A stretch of DNA of 32,000 nt from Alkalilimnicola ehrlichii MLHE-1. GTDB taxonomy: Bacteria > Pseudomonadota > Gammaproteobacteria > Nitrococcales > Halorhodospiraceae. The translations under genes and the position numbers were made by a program. Of the stretch, positions 9,900 through 20,447 are shown one piece after another. The notes beneath the pieces are model-generated. The model saw only the letters and a list, made by a program, of their open reading frames with translations, did not search any database and had not been told where the DNA came from. Location of the stretch: contig NC_008340.1 in assembly GCF_000014785.1 (NCBI RefSeq), positions 1,530,001 to 1,562,000 of the forward strand, written 5' to 3'. Positions within the stretch are counted from its first letter, which is position 1, and each line of letters starts with the position of its first letter.

Positions 9900-10899
9900 C
9901 CTGCCCGGTTCGCGCGACTGGTGCCGCGGACTCGCGGTGCTGATGCTGGCGCTGATCTCGGTCGGGGCCTGGGCCGACCAGGGTGACAACCCCGGGCTGC
10001 GCCTGCTGGAACGGATCGGCGAGCAAACCCCTCAACTGCATTACCACGGTATCCTGGTCTATCGCCATGGCGGCGACATGGAGACCCTCCGCATCATCCA
10101 CCGGGGCGGCGCTGAGCACGAGCGCAGCGAGCGTTTCTATACCCTCACCGGCATCCCCCGCGAGGTCATTCGCAAGCCCGACGAGGTCATCTGTATCCTG
10201 CCCGACGCCGAAGCCGTGGTGGTGGGCCGGCGACAGCTGCGCAATCCGATTGCCCAGGCCCTGCCCCGGTATACCGAGGCGCTGCAGGAGGCCTATGAGG
10301 TCACCCTGGCCGGCGAGGGTCGGGTGGCGGACCGGGATGCGCAACAGGTGCTGATCGTGCCCCGCGACGACCTGCGCTACGGCCACCGGCTCTGGATTGA
10401 CGAGGCCTACGGCCTGTTGCTGCGCGCCGATCTGCTGGACGAGCACCAGCAGGTGCTGGAGCAGGTCATGTTCACCGAGGTCACCGTGGTGGAGGCGGTG
10501 CCGGATGCCTGGCTGGAGCCGGGGATCAGTGGTGAGAGCTTCACCTGGGTGAGGCCGGCGGACCGAGCGGATGCCGCCCCGGAGCAGCGCCGTTGGCAGG
10601 TCGCCGAGGTGCCGCCCGGCTTTCGCCTAATCTCGCACCGCCAACGGCAGATCGCCGGTCACGACCCCCCCGTGGAGCACCTCCACTACAGTGACGGTCT
10701 GGCCTCGGTATCGGTCTATGTCTCCCCGCAGGCGGCCGACAAGGTCCGGGAGCGGGCGGCCAGAATGGGGTTGATGGGCGCGGTGCGCGTGCCCCGGGAC
10801 GGTTTCACCGTCACCGTGGTCGGCGAGGTGCCGCGTGCCACGCTGCACCTGTTCGCCGAGCGGCTGGCGGCCACCGGGGATGAGGGGGCTCGACCGTGA
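9880..10899 (+). CDS. rseB: sigma-E regulatory periplasmic protein RseB/MucB
   Basis: Signal peptide, then LRLLERIGEQTPQLHYHGILVYRHGGDMETLRIIH...ERFYTLTGIPREVIR...YGLLLRADLLDEHQQVLEQVMFT. Family pattern and locus position. Confidence 0.93.
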   Translation: MKAPATSLPGSRDWCRGLAVLMLALISVGAWADQGDNPGLRLLERIGEQTPQLHYHGILVYRHGGDMETLRIIHRGGAEHERSERFYTLTGIPREVIRKPDEVICILPDAEAVVVGRRQLRNPIAQALPRYTEALQEAYEVTLAGEGRVADRDAQQVLIVPRDDLRYGHRLWIDEAYGLLLRADLLDEHQQVLEQVMFTEVTVVEAVPDAWLEPGISGESFTWVRPADRADAAPEQRRWQVAEVPPGFRLISHRQRQIAGHDPPVEHLHYSDGLASVSVYVSPQAADKVRERAARMGLMGAVRVPRDGFTVTVVGEVPRATLHLFAERLAATGDEGARP

Positions 10900-11339
10900 T
10901 CGAACAACAGGCCACAGTGATGGCGCGCGATGGGGATCACGTCTGGGTCGAGGCGCACCGGCAATCGACCTGCAGCGGCTGCGCGGCCCAGTCGGGGTGT
11001 GGCACCGGGGCACTGGGGCGGTGGCTTCCCGGTGCGGTGACCCGCCTGCGGGTGGCCGACCCCCTGGGCGTCCGGCCCGGCGAGCAGGTGGTCATCGCGG
11101 TAGCGGAAGGGGCGGTTCTGCGTGGGTCGGTCATGGTCTATCTGGTGCCATTGCTGGGCCTACTGGGCGGGGCGCTGGCCGGGGAACAACTGAGCGCATG
11201 GCTTAGTCATACCGGTGATGTCCTGGCCCTTATGGGCGGCGTATCCGGGTTGTTACTGGGGTTCGCCCTGGCGCGTCGCGTCGGGGCCGACAGGGGCCAC
11301 CGCCACCGCATGCAGCCCGTGCTGGTGCGGCGGTGCTGA
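10896..11339 (+). CDS. rseC: SoxR-reducing system protein RseC/MucC family
   Basis: MIEQQATVMARDGDHVWVEAHRQSTCSGCAAQSGCGTGAL, Cys-rich N-terminus and two TM segments. Directly after rseB. Confidence 0.92.
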   Translation: MIEQQATVMARDGDHVWVEAHRQSTCSGCAAQSGCGTGALGRWLPGAVTRLRVADPLGVRPGEQVVIAVAEGAVLRGSVMVYLVPLLGLLGGALAGEQLSAWLSHTGDVLALMGGVSGLLLGFALARRVGADRGHRHRMQPVLVRRC

Positions 11340-11411
11340 GAGGTTACCGGCCGCCTTCCGGTCGGGGCGAATCACGGGCTTTGCCGAGCAGAACATTGAC
11401 GAGGTGTGGGG

Positions 11412-12857
11412 ATGAATAGACCGTCAAGCTACGGATACCTGGCTGCGCTGCTGGCGCTGGCCCTGCTGACGTTTGGCGCCAGCGCCGGCGCCAAGTCGCA
11501 TCTGCCGGACTTCACCGAACTGGTTGAGGAGAACAGCCCGGCAGTGGTCAATATCAGCACCCGCCAAACCCCCGAGAGCCGGGGCGGGAGCGGGCGTCTG
11601 CCGGACCATTTCGATATCCCGGAGGACCACCCGCTGCGTGATTTCATGGAGCGGTTCTTTGGCGAGCGGGGTGAGCGGCCACCCGAGCACGGCCAGCGCC
11701 GCCCGCGCTCTCTCGGGTCAGGTTTCATCATCTCCGAAGACGGGTATGTCCTGACCAATCACCACGTCATCGACGGTGCGGATGAGGTCAACGTCCGGCT
11801 GAGTGACCGGCGCGAGTTCGTGGCCGAGGTCATCGGCAGCGATGAGCGCAGTGACGTGGCGGTGCTCAAGATCGATGCCGAGGGGCTGCCCACGGTGCGC
11901 ATCGGCCAGTCCGACACGTTGCGCGTCGGCGAATGGGTGTTGGCCATCGGCTCGCCCTTCGGTTTTGAGCACTCGGCCACCGCCGGGATTGTCAGCGCCA
12001 AGGGGCGCAGCCTGCCCAGCGGCAACTATGTGCCCTATCTGCAGACCGATGTGGCGATTAATCCCGGCAATTCCGGCGGCCCGCTGTTCAACCTGGACGG
12101 TGAGGTGGTCGGCATCAACTCCCAGATCTATAGCCGCACCGGCGGTTTCATGGGGGTCTCCTTCTCCATCCCCATCGAGCTGGCCATGGACGTGGCCACC
12201 CAGCTGCGGGAGACCGGGCGTGTGGCTCGGGGCTGGCTCGGGGTGATCATCCAGGACGTCACCCGGGACCTGGCCGAGTCGTTCGATATGGACCGGCCGC
12301 GTGGCGCCCTGGTGGCCCAGGTGCTTTCGGACAGCCCGGCCCTTGAGGCGGATCTGCAACCCGGCGATATCATCGTCGAGTTCGACGGCGAGGCGGTGGA
12401 GACCTCCGGCAGCCTGCCGCCGATGGTGGGGGCTACGCCGGTGGGTGCGGAGGTGCAGGTAAAGGTGCTGCGCGAGGGCCGCGAGGTGATGGTTGATGTC
12501 ACCATCGGCGAGCTGCCCGAGGAGCAGGCGCGGGCCCAGCGCCCGCCCCGGGGTGAGCCGGAGCGTGCGCCGGATACCGCCGCGGAGCGACTGGGGCTGC
12601 GGGTGGAGCCGGTGCCCGCCGAGCGCCTGGAGGAGCTGCGCGTCGACAGTGGTGTGCTGGTCCGGCGCGTGGAGAGCGGCCCGGCGCGGGAGGCCGGCAT
12701 CCGCCCCGGTGATGTGATCACCTCCATCGATCAGCAGTCCGTGGAAGGCGTGGAGCAATTCGCAGAGTTGGTCGAAGGCCTGGCCTCCGGGCGCAGTGTC
12801 CCGGTGCTGGTGCTGCGGGAGGGGGGGGCGCGTTTCTTCGCCCTGCGTATCCCCTGA
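11412..12857 (+). CDS. DegP/DegQ (HtrA/MucD) periplasmic serine endoprotease
   Basis: Signal peptide, TNHHVIDGADEV, RSDVAVLKIDAEGLP, catalytic NPGNSGGPLFNLDGEVVGINSQIYS and two PDZ domains. GTG 11406 is the alternative start. Confidence 0.95.
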   Translation: MNRPSSYGYLAALLALALLTFGASAGAKSHLPDFTELVEENSPAVVNISTRQTPESRGGSGRLPDHFDIPEDHPLRDFMERFFGERGERPPEHGQRRPRSLGSGFIISEDGYVLTNHHVIDGADEVNVRLSDRREFVAEVIGSDERSDVAVLKIDAEGLPTVRIGQSDTLRVGEWVLAIGSPFGFEHSATAGIVSAKGRSLPSGNYVPYLQTDVAINPGNSGGPLFNLDGEVVGINSQIYSRTGGFMGVSFSIPIELAMDVATQLRETGRVARGWLGVIIQDVTRDLAESFDMDRPRGALVAQVLSDSPALEADLQPGDIIVEFDGEAVETSGSLPPMVGATPVGAEVQVKVLREGREVMVDVTIGELPEEQARAQRPPRGEPERAPDTAAERLGLRVEPVPAERLEELRVDSGVLVRRVESGPAREAGIRPGDVITSIDQQSVEGVEQFAELVEGLASGRSVPVLVLREGGARFFALRIP

Positions 12858-12863
12858 CCGCAC

Positions 12864-12882
12864 AGCCGGCAGAAAACCGGCT
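12864..12882 (+). repeat. short inverted repeat 7 nt after the degP/mucD stop
   Basis: AGCCGG-cagaaaa-CCGGCT, 6-bp perfect stem, no T-run. Confidence 0.4.
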
Positions 12883-12898
12883 CGGGAACAGGTAGAAT

Positions 12899-12926
12899 GG
12901 GCGCGCTTCCGTCAGGAGGCGCGCCC
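12899..12926 (+). repeat. perfect inverted repeat in the lepA leader
   Basis: GGGCGCGC-ttccgtcaggag-GCGCGCCC, 8-bp GC-only stem with a 12-nt loop, between degP/mucD and lepA. Confidence 0.5.
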
Positions 12927-12980
12927 AAACTCGTTACCGGGCCGCGCTTTCGGAGCCCATCCAGTCATAGCAGGGTGTAC

Positions 12981-14780
12981 ATGAACCGCATTCGCAACTT
13001 CTCGATCATCGCCCACATCGACCACGGCAAATCCACCTTGGCCGACCGCTTCATCCAACACAGTGGCGCGTTGAGCAACCGGGAGATGGCCGAACAGGTG
13101 CTCGACTCCATGGATTTGGAGCGCGAGCGCGGCATCACCATCAAGGCCCAGAGCGTCTCCCTGGAGTACCGGGCAAAGGACGGGCAGACCTACGAGCTTA
13201 ACTTTATCGACACCCCCGGCCACGTGGACTTCTCCTACGAAGTGTCGCGCTCGCTGTTCGCCTGTGAGGGCGCGCTGCTGGTGGTGGATGCCTCCCAGGG
13301 GGTGGAGGCGCAGAGTGTGGCCAACTGCTACACGGCGGTGGACCAGGGCCTGGAGATCATCCCGGTGCTGAACAAGATCGATCTGCCCTCTTCGGATCCG
13401 CAGCGGGTGATCCAGCAGATCGAGGAGATCATCGGGCTAGACGGCGAGGAGGCGCTGAAGATCAGTGCCAAGACCGGCGAGGGGATCGAAGAGCTGCTGG
13501 AGGCGCTGGTGCAGCGGGTGCCAGCCCCCAAGGGGGACCCGGAGGCAGCGCTGAAGGCGCTGATCATCGACTCCTGGTTTGACAACTACCTGGGGGTGGT
13601 GGCTTTGGTCCGGGTCTTCGACGGCGCGCTGAAAAAGGGCGATCGGATCCGCGTCATGTCCACGGGCCGGGAGTTCCAGGTGGACGAGCTGGGCTTTTTT
13701 ACCCCCAAGCGGGTGCTGCGTGACCGGCTGGACACCGGCCAGGTCGGCTTCGTGGTGGCCGGGATCAAGGACATCGACGGGGCGCCGGTGGGCGACACCC
13801 TGACTTCGGCGCAGAAGCCGGCGGACAGCCCGGTACCCGGTTTTAAGAAGGTGCAGCCAAGGGTGTTCGCGGGCGTCTTTCCCACCAGCTCGGACGACTT
13901 CGAGAACTTCCGGACCGCACTGGAGAAGTTGCGTCTGAACGATGCCTCCCTGCATTTCGAGCCGGAGACCTCGCAGGCCTTGGGCTTCGGTTTCCGTTGC
14001 GGCTTCCTCGGCATGTTGCACATGGAGATCGTCCAGGAGCGTCTGGAACGCGAGTACGGCCTGGACCTGATCACCACCGCCCCCACCGTGGTCCATGAAG
14101 TGCTCACCACCGACGGCGAGACGCTTTATATCCACAACCCTTCTGAGCTGCCGGCGCCGAACAAGATCGAGGACATCCGCGAGCCCATTATCGCGGCCAG
14201 CATCCTGGTGCCCGAGGAGCACGTGGGCAATGTCATCAAGCTCTGCGTGGAGAAGCGCGGGGTGCAGAAAGAGATGCAGTACGTCGGCAACCAGATCTCG
14301 CTGGTGTATGAGATGCCTATGGGCGAGGTGGTGCTCGATTTCTTCGACCGGCTCAAGTCGGTCTCCCGGGGGTTTGCCTCCTTTGACTATGAATTCAAGC
14401 GCTTCCAGTCCGCCGATCTGGTGAAGGTGGACGTGCTGATCAATGGTGACAAGGTGGACGCCCTGGCGGTGATCGTGCACCGCGATCAGGCCCAGAGCCG
14501 CGGCCGGGAGTTGACCGACAAGCTCAAGGAGATCATCCCGCGGCAGATGTTCGAGGTGGCGATCCAGGCCGCCATCGGCAACCACGTCATTGCCCGCAGC
14601 ACCGTCAAGGCGCTGCGCAAGAACGTAACCGCCAAGTGCTACGGTGGCGATATCAGTCGTAAACGCAAGTTGCTGGAGAAACAGAAGGCGGGCAAGAAGC
14701 GCATGAAGCAAGTCGGTAAGGTCGAGATCCCGCAGGAGGCGTTCCTGGCCGTACTGCAGGTGGACAACAAAAAGTCATAG
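12981..14780 (+). CDS. lepA: elongation factor 4 (LepA)
   Basis: [31 protein letters not shown]..., G-domain motifs and the LepA C-terminal [12 protein letters not shown]. Confidence 0.98.
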
Positions 14781-14791
14781 GGAAGACGCCC

Positions 14792-15565
14792 GTGAATCTG
14801 GATTTTGAACTCCTGCTCGTGCTGCTGACCCTGGTCACCGGCGTGATCTGGGCCTGGGACCGGTTCTACCGGCGCCGACGGCTGCCGGAGGCCGAGCGCG
14901 ACCAGCCGCCGCCCTGGTATATCGACTTCCCCAAGTCGCTGTTCCCGGTGATCCTGGCGGTCCTGCTGATCCGTGGGTTCGTCGCCGAACCCTTCCGGAT
15001 TCCCTCCGGGTCCATGGTGCCCACCTTGCTTACCGGCGACTTCATCCTGGTCAACAAGTCCTCCTACGGCCTGCGCTGGCCGGTGCTCGGTACTCGCATC
15101 ATGGGCAACGGGGCGCCGGAGCGGGGCGAGGTGGCGGTGTTCAAGTACCCGGTGGACCCGGGCCAGGACTACATCAAACGGGTGGTCGGGCTGCCGGGGG
15201 ACACCGTCGCCTACCAGGACAAGACGCTGTATGTGAACGGCGAGCCGGTGGCCCGTGAGGCGCTGGGGCAGTATGACAGCCTGCACGCCGATAGCCTGGC
15301 AACCCTTTACCAGGAGAGCCTGGATGCCGGGGAGTACCATGTGCTGCTGCACGAGCGCTCGCCCTCCGGGGAACTCCACGAGGTCACCGTGCCTGACGAC
15401 ATGTACTTTACCCTGGGCGACAACCGTGATCGGAGTGCCGATAGTCGGATGTGGGGTTTCGTGCCCGACGACTACCTGGTGGGGCGGGCCTTCCTTATCT
15501 GGATGAGCTGGGATGTGCATAATAACCGGGTTGATTGGGGCCGGATTGGCGAGCGCATCCAATAA
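14792..15565 (+). CDS. lepB: signal peptidase I
   Basis: PFRIPSGSMVPTLLTGDFILVNKSSYGLR (catalytic Ser), DYIKRVVGLPGD (catalytic Lys), GDNRDRSADSRMWGFVP. N-terminal TM segments. Confidence 0.97.
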   Translation: MNLDFELLLVLLTLVTGVIWAWDRFYRRRRLPEAERDQPPPWYIDFPKSLFPVILAVLLIRGFVAEPFRIPSGSMVPTLLTGDFILVNKSSYGLRWPVLGTRIMGNGAPERGEVAVFKYPVDPGQDYIKRVVGLPGDTVAYQDKTLYVNGEPVAREALGQYDSLHADSLATLYQESLDAGEYHVLLHERSPSGELHEVTVPDDMYFTLGDNRDRSADSRMWGFVPDDYLVGRAFLIWMSWDVHNNRVDWGRIGERIQ

Positions 15566-15605
15566 GCGCCCGGTGCGCCTGCATCCATCACCAGGGAGCG
15601 CAAGT

Positions 15606-15986
15606 ATGACGAGCAGTCTCCGTCGGCAAGAGGGCATGGGGTTCCTCGGCATCATCGCCGTGCTGGCCGTGGTCGGTTTCATTGGCCTGCTGGGGGTGCG
15701 AATGGTGCCCATCTACCTGGAGGCGAATACCGTGCGCGGCATCGTCCAGGGTATGCAGGACGACCCGGCCATGCGGGGGGCCTCCCACCGGGAGATCCGC
15801 CAGCGCCTGGCGCGCCAGTTCCAAGTCAACAACGTGAGCGGGCCGGACCTGGATGAAGACCTGGTCTTCGAGCGGATGGCCGGGGGTACCTCGGTACAGC
15901 TCCGTTACGAGGTGCGCTTCCCGGTCATTGCCAACCTCGACGGGGTTGCGGCTTTCGAGACCTCGGCCGTGGTGCCCGGAGACTGA
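15606..15986 (+). CDS. DUF4845 domain-containing protein
   Basis: MTSSLRRQEGMGFLGIIAVLAVVGFIGLLGVRMVPIYLEANTV...GMQDDP, single N-terminal TM, located between lepB and rnc. Confidence 0.85.
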   Translation: MTSSLRRQEGMGFLGIIAVLAVVGFIGLLGVRMVPIYLEANTVRGIVQGMQDDPAMRGASHREIRQRLARQFQVNNVSGPDLDEDLVFERMAGGTSVQLRYEVRFPVIANLDGVAAFETSAVVPGD

Positions 15987-16672
15987 TGCCAACGCCCAAG
16001 GACGCCCTGCAGGACCGGTTGGGGTACCGCTTTCGCCGGCCGGAGTTGTTGGACGAGGCGCTCACCCACCGCAGTGTCACCGGCCCCGACAACGAACGGC
16101 TGGAGTTCCTCGGCGACGGCATCCTCAACTTTGTCATCGCCGATGAGCTGTACCACCGTCGCCCCGACGCCACCGAGGGGGTGTTGAGCCGGCTGCGTGC
16201 CACCCTGGTCAACGGCCGGACCCTGGCGGAGATCGGCAAGGGCTTGGACGTGGGCACGGCCCTGCGCCTGGGCGGCGGCGAGATGAAGAGCGGAGGGCAA
16301 CGCCGGAAGTCCATCCTGGCGGATGCGGTGGAGGCGCTGTTCGGGGCCATCTACCTGGACGGGGGTTTCGACCCGAGCCGGGAGACCATTCTGCGGCTCT
16401 ACCGGGACCGCCTGGCATCCCTGCCCACGGAGGCGGAACTCAAGGACCCCAAGACCCGTCTGCAGGAGCATCTGCAGGCGGGGCGCCGGCCCCTCCCGCG
16501 CTATGAGGTGCTGGAGGTCAGTGGCCAATCCCATGATCAGACCTTCCGCGTGGCCTGCCGACTGCAGGACGCGGCGGTCACCGCCGAAGGCGAGGCCGGC
16601 AGCCGGCGCAAGGCGGAACAACAGGCCGCGGAGCAGATGCTGAAGCGGTTGGAGGACAAGCATGAGCGATGA
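15986..16672 (+). CDS. rnc: ribonuclease III
   Basis: YRFRRPELLDEALTHRSVT...NERLEFLGDGILNFVIADELY signature, C-terminal dsRNA-binding domain. Confidence 0.97.
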   Translation: MPTPKDALQDRLGYRFRRPELLDEALTHRSVTGPDNERLEFLGDGILNFVIADELYHRRPDATEGVLSRLRATLVNGRTLAEIGKGLDVGTALRLGGGEMKSGGQRRKSILADAVEALFGAIYLDGGFDPSRETILRLYRDRLASLPTEAELKDPKTRLQEHLQAGRRPLPRYEVLEVSGQSHDQTFRVACRLQDAAVTAEGEAGSRRKAEQQAAEQMLKRLEDKHER

Positions 16673-17609
16673 ACCCAGGCCTGCCGAGGGGCAGCCGGCC
16701 GGGCTGAGCGACGAACTGCCCTTGATCCGGTGCGGGCACGTGGCCCTGGTTGGGCGGCCCAACGTGGGCAAATCCACCCTGCTCAATCAGCTACTGGGCC
16801 AGAAGATTAGCATCGTCACCCGGAAACCGCAGACCACCCGGCAGCGTATTCTCGGTGTCTGTCACCGGGACGGCGCGCAGATTGTCTACGTGGACACGCC
16901 GGGGCTGCACCAGCGCCGCGACAAGGCCCTCAACCGCTATCTCAACCGGACGGCCGCCAATGCCCTGGCCGATGTCGACTTGGTGGTCTTCCTGGTGGAC
17001 CGGTTGCACTTCAAGCCCGAGGATGAGGCGGTCCTGGAGCGGCTGAAGCGAAGGGATGTGCCGGTGATCCTGGCCATCAACAAGGTCGACCGACTACGCG
17101 ACAAGGCCCAATTGCTGCCACATATTCAGTGGTTGAGTGAGCAGCACCCGTTCGTGGAGGTGGTACCGCTGTCCGCGCTCAAGGGCGAGAACCTGGCGCC
17201 TCTGGAGGAGGCGATCCTACGCCAGCTGCCGGAGTCGCCGCCCCTGTTCCCGGAGGACTACATCACCGATCGCGGGCCGCGTTTTCGCATCGCCGAGTTG
17301 ATCCGCGAGCAGCTCATGCGCCACCTGGGCGAAGAGCTGCCCTATGCCACCGCCGTGGAGGTCGAGGCCATGGACCAGGAGGGGCAACTGACCCGCATCA
17401 GCGCGCTGATCTGGGTGGAACGTCCGGGGCAGAAGGCCATTGTCATCGGCGACGGCGGCCAACGGCTGAAGGTGATCGGTTCGCGGGCGCGCCAAGAGAT
17501 TCAGCAGCTTCTGGGCGGCCGGGTCTTCCTGCAATTGTGGGTCAAGGTGCGCGAGGGCTGGTCGGACGACGAACGGGCCCTGCAGAGCCTCGGTTACGAG
17601 GGCGACTGA
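16662..17609 (+). CDS. era: GTPase Era
   Basis: VALVGRPNVGKSTLLNQLLGQKISIVTRKPQTTRQRILGV, DTPG and NKVD motifs, KH-domain C-terminus. Overlaps rnc. Confidence 0.97.
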   Translation: MSDEPRPAEGQPAGLSDELPLIRCGHVALVGRPNVGKSTLLNQLLGQKISIVTRKPQTTRQRILGVCHRDGAQIVYVDTPGLHQRRDKALNRYLNRTAANALADVDLVVFLVDRLHFKPEDEAVLERLKRRDVPVILAINKVDRLRDKAQLLPHIQWLSEQHPFVEVVPLSALKGENLAPLEEAILRQLPESPPLFPEDYITDRGPRFRIAELIREQLMRHLGEELPYATAVEVEAMDQEGQLTRISALIWVERPGQKAIVIGDGGQRLKVIGSRARQEIQQLLGGRVFLQLWVKVREGWSDDERALQSLGYEGD

Positions 17610-17613
17610 GCCC

Positions 17614-18357
17614 ATGAGCGGGGACCGGGTGCTGGTTCAGCCGGCGTGGGTGCTGCACCGCCGGCCCTGGAGCGAGAGCAGCCTGATCGTGGAGCTGTTC
17701 AGCCGCGACTTCGGCCGGATCGGTGCGGTGGCGCGGGGCGGGCGCAACAGCCGGCGCTGGCGCGGCTTGCTGGAGCCCTTCAGCCCCGTACTGGCCAGTT
17801 GGCAGGGCCGCGGTGAACTCCGCAGTCTGGTGGCCGCGGAACCCGACGGGGCACGCCCGGCGCTCGCCGGGGCGGCCCTGGCCAGCGGCTTTTACCTCAA
17901 TGAGCTGCTGCTGCGCCTGCTGCGCCGGGACGATCCCCACCCCGAACTCCACCCCCTTTACGGCGACACCCTCAACCGTCTTCCCGACGAGGCGGCCTTG
18001 CGGGGCTTCGAGTGCCGGCTGTTGGAGGCGCTGGGCTACGGCCTGCTCTTGCTGGAGGACATGGGGGGTGAGCCGGTGCACGGCGAGGCCCACTACCGGT
18101 ATCATCTCGAGCATGGCCCGGAGCGTCTGGCCGCGGTGCCGGAGGCGGGGGAGGGCCTACTGGTTCGCGGGCGGACCCTGCTGGCGCTGGCGGGCCGGGA
18201 GGCACTGGCCGGCCCATCGCTGCCCGAGGCGCGCCGCCTGATGCGTGCGGCGCTGTCCCTCTACCTGGGCGATCGGCCCCTGCAGAGCCGTGCCCTGTAC
18301 CGCCAGTTGGCCCGCACCCCCCGCGCCGCGACCCCGGCCTCACCCAATGATCACTGA
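17614..18357 (+). CDS. recO: DNA repair protein RecO
   Basis: [49 protein letters not shown], located downstream of era. Confidence 0.94.
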   Translation: MSGDRVLVQPAWVLHRRPWSESSLIVELFSRDFGRIGAVARGGRNSRRWRGLLEPFSPVLASWQGRGELRSLVAAEPDGARPALAGAALASGFYLNELLLRLLRRDDPHPELHPLYGDTLNRLPDEAALRGFECRLLEALGYGLLLLEDMGGEPVHGEAHYRYHLEHGPERLAAVPEAGEGLLVRGRTLLALAGREALAGPSLPEARRLMRAALSLYLGDRPLQSRALYRQLARTPRAATPASPNDH

Positions 18358-18376
18358 CCAGGAGGACATAGCCATC

Positions 18377-19132
18377 GTGCCCCAGGACGATCCCGCGGAC
18401 CGCCCCCTGTTATTGGGGGTCAACATCGACCACGTGGCCACGCTGCGCCAGGCCCGCGGCACCGCCTATCCCGACCCGGTGCAGGCGGCCTTCGCGGCGG
18501 AGCAGGCCGGCGCCGATCTGATCACGGTCCATCTGCGCGAGGACCGGCGCCACATTCAGGACCGGGATGTGGCGCTGCTGGCGCAGACCGTCCAGACGCG
18601 GATGAACCTGGAGATGGCGGTCACCGACGAGATGCTGCGCATCGCCACCGAACTGCGGCCCTCGGACTGCTGCCTGGTGCCGGAGCGGCGGGAGGAGCTC
18701 ACCACCGAGGGTGGCCTGGACGTCCAGGCCCAACCGGACCGGATCGCCGAGGCCTGCGCCCGGCTGGGTGAGGCGGGGATACGGGTGTCGCTGTTTATCG
18801 ACCCCGACCCCGAGCAGGTGGAGGCGGCTGCCCGGGTCGGTGCGCCGGTGGTGGAGCTGCACACCGGCGCCTGGGCCGAGGCGGGCAACCCGCGGGATGC
18901 CCGGGTGGAACTGGAGCGGCTGCGCACCGCAGTGGGTCACGGGCTCCAGTGCGGCCTGCAGGTGAATGGCGGGCACGGACTGCACTATCACAATGTGCAG
19001 CCGGTGGCGGCCATCACCGGCGTGCGGGAGCTCAACATCGGCCACGCCATCATCGCCCGTGCGGTCTTCTCCGGTCTGCCCGATGCGGTGCGGGAGATGA
19101 AACGCCTGATGCGGGAGGCCCGTCAGCTATGA
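18377..19132 (+). CDS. pdxJ: pyridoxine 5'-phosphate synthase
   Basis: [54 protein letters not shown]. Start GTG 18377 with GGAGG at 18361-18365; ATG 18347, overlapping the recO end, is an alternative. Confidence 0.95.
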   Translation: MPQDDPADRPLLLGVNIDHVATLRQARGTAYPDPVQAAFAAEQAGADLITVHLREDRRHIQDRDVALLAQTVQTRMNLEMAVTDEMLRIATELRPSDCCLVPERREELTTEGGLDVQAQPDRIAEACARLGEAGIRVSLFIDPDPEQVEAAARVGAPVVELHTGAWAEAGNPRDARVELERLRTAVGHGLQCGLQVNGGHGLHYHNVQPVAAITGVRELNIGHAIIARAVFSGLPDAVREMKRLMREARQL

Positions 19133-19515
19133 TCGTGGGACTGGGCACCGATCTGGTGGAGATCGCCCGGATGGAGCGCCTGCTGGCCCGCCACGGCGAC
19201 CGGGCGCTGACGCGCCTGCTCCATGTCCAAGAGCGGGCCGAGTGCCCGCGCGCGCCCGATCGGGCGGCCCGCTTCCTCGCCCGCCGCTTTGCGGCCAAGG
19301 AGGCCGCGGCCAAGGCCCTGGGTACCGGTATCGCGAACGGCATTCGCTTTGCCGACCTGCAGGTCAGCCACGACGACCGGGGCCGCCCGCTGCTTAACCT
19401 GCACGGCGAGGCTCGCCAGCACGCCCAGGCGCTGGGCGCGACCGGCCATCACCTGAGTATCAGCGACGAACAAACCCATGCCCTGGCCTTTGTGGTGCTG
19501 GAGTCCAGCGATTAA
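19129..19515 (+). CDS. acpS: holo-[acyl-carrier-protein] synthase
   Basis: [25 protein letters not shown]...[24 protein letters not shown] overlaps the pdxJ stop. Confidence 0.96.
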   Translation: MIVGLGTDLVEIARMERLLARHGDRALTRLLHVQERAECPRAPDRAARFLARRFAAKEAAAKALGTGIANGIRFADLQVSHDDRGRPLLNLHGEARQHAQALGATGHHLSISDEQTHALAFVVLESSD

Positions 19516-19551
19516 GCCGCATCCGGTCGGGCAAGCAGATTGGATACCCAA

Positions 19552-20445
19552 ATGTCATACCCCACCGTCGAGGCCTTTGTAGGCAACACCCCGCTGGTGC
19601 GCCTCCAGCGCATGGTGCCACCCGAGCGCAACAACCGGATCCTGGCCAAGCTGGAGGGCAACAACCCCGCCGGCTCGGTGAAGGACCGGCCAGCTGTGCA
19701 CATGATCCGTCGCGCCGAGGAACGGGGCCGGATCCGGCCCGGCGACACCCTGATCGAAGCCACCAGTGGCAATACCGGCATCGCGCTGGCCATGGCGGCC
19801 GCCATCAAGGGCTACCGCATGGTCCTGATCATGCCGGAGAACATGAGCACCGAGCGGCGTGCCTCCATGGCCGCCTACGGCGCGGAGCTGGTGCTGGTCA
19901 GCCAGGAGGAGGGCATGGAGGGCGCACGGGATCTGGCCGCCCGCATGGCCGAAGAGGGCCGGGGGCTGGTCCTGGACCAGTTCGCCAACCCTGATAACTC
20001 GGCCGCCCACTACGAGAGCACCGGCCCGGAGATCTGGCGCGACACCGAGGGCACGATCACCCACTTCGTCAGCTCCATGGGGACCACCGGCACCATCATG
20101 GGCTGCTCCCGGTTCTTTAAGGAGCAGTCGGAGGCGGTGCAGATCGTCGGTGTGCAGCCGGAGGACGGCTCCAGCATCCCCGGTATCCGGCGCTGGCCGG
20201 AGGCCTACCTGCCGAAGATCTACGAGCCGGCCCGCGTGGACCGCATCCTCGATGTCAGCAGCGACGACGCCATCACCACCACCCGCCGGCTGGCGGCGGA
20301 GGAGGGGATCATGGCGGGCATGTCGTCCGGTGGTTGCCTGCACGCGGCCCTGCGTCTGGAGCGGGAGGTGGAGAACGCCACCATCGTGGTCATCATCTGT
20401 GACCGGGGCGACCGTTACCTCTCCACCGGGCTGTTCGAAGGCTGA
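19552..20445 (+). CDS. cysM: cysteine synthase B
   Basis: MSYPTVEAFVGNTPLVRLQRMVPPERNNRILAKLEGNNPAGSVKDRPA, PLP-lysine motif and TSGNTGIALAMAAAIKGY. Confidence 0.95.
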   Translation: MSYPTVEAFVGNTPLVRLQRMVPPERNNRILAKLEGNNPAGSVKDRPAVHMIRRAEERGRIRPGDTLIEATSGNTGIALAMAAAIKGYRMVLIMPENMSTERRASMAAYGAELVLVSQEEGMEGARDLAARMAEEGRGLVLDQFANPDNSAAHYESTGPEIWRDTEGTITHFVSSMGTTGTIMGCSRFFKEQSEAVQIVGVQPEDGSSIPGIRRWPEAYLPKIYEPARVDRILDVSSDDAITTTRRLAAEEGIMAGMSSGGCLHAALRLEREVENATIVVIICDRGDRYLSTGLFEG

Positions 20446-20447
20446 TC

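Noticed and set aside
13437-14711. 424-aa minus-strand ORF antisense to lepA
   Set aside because: Antisense of a highly conserved gene, Leu/His/Gln-rich artefact.
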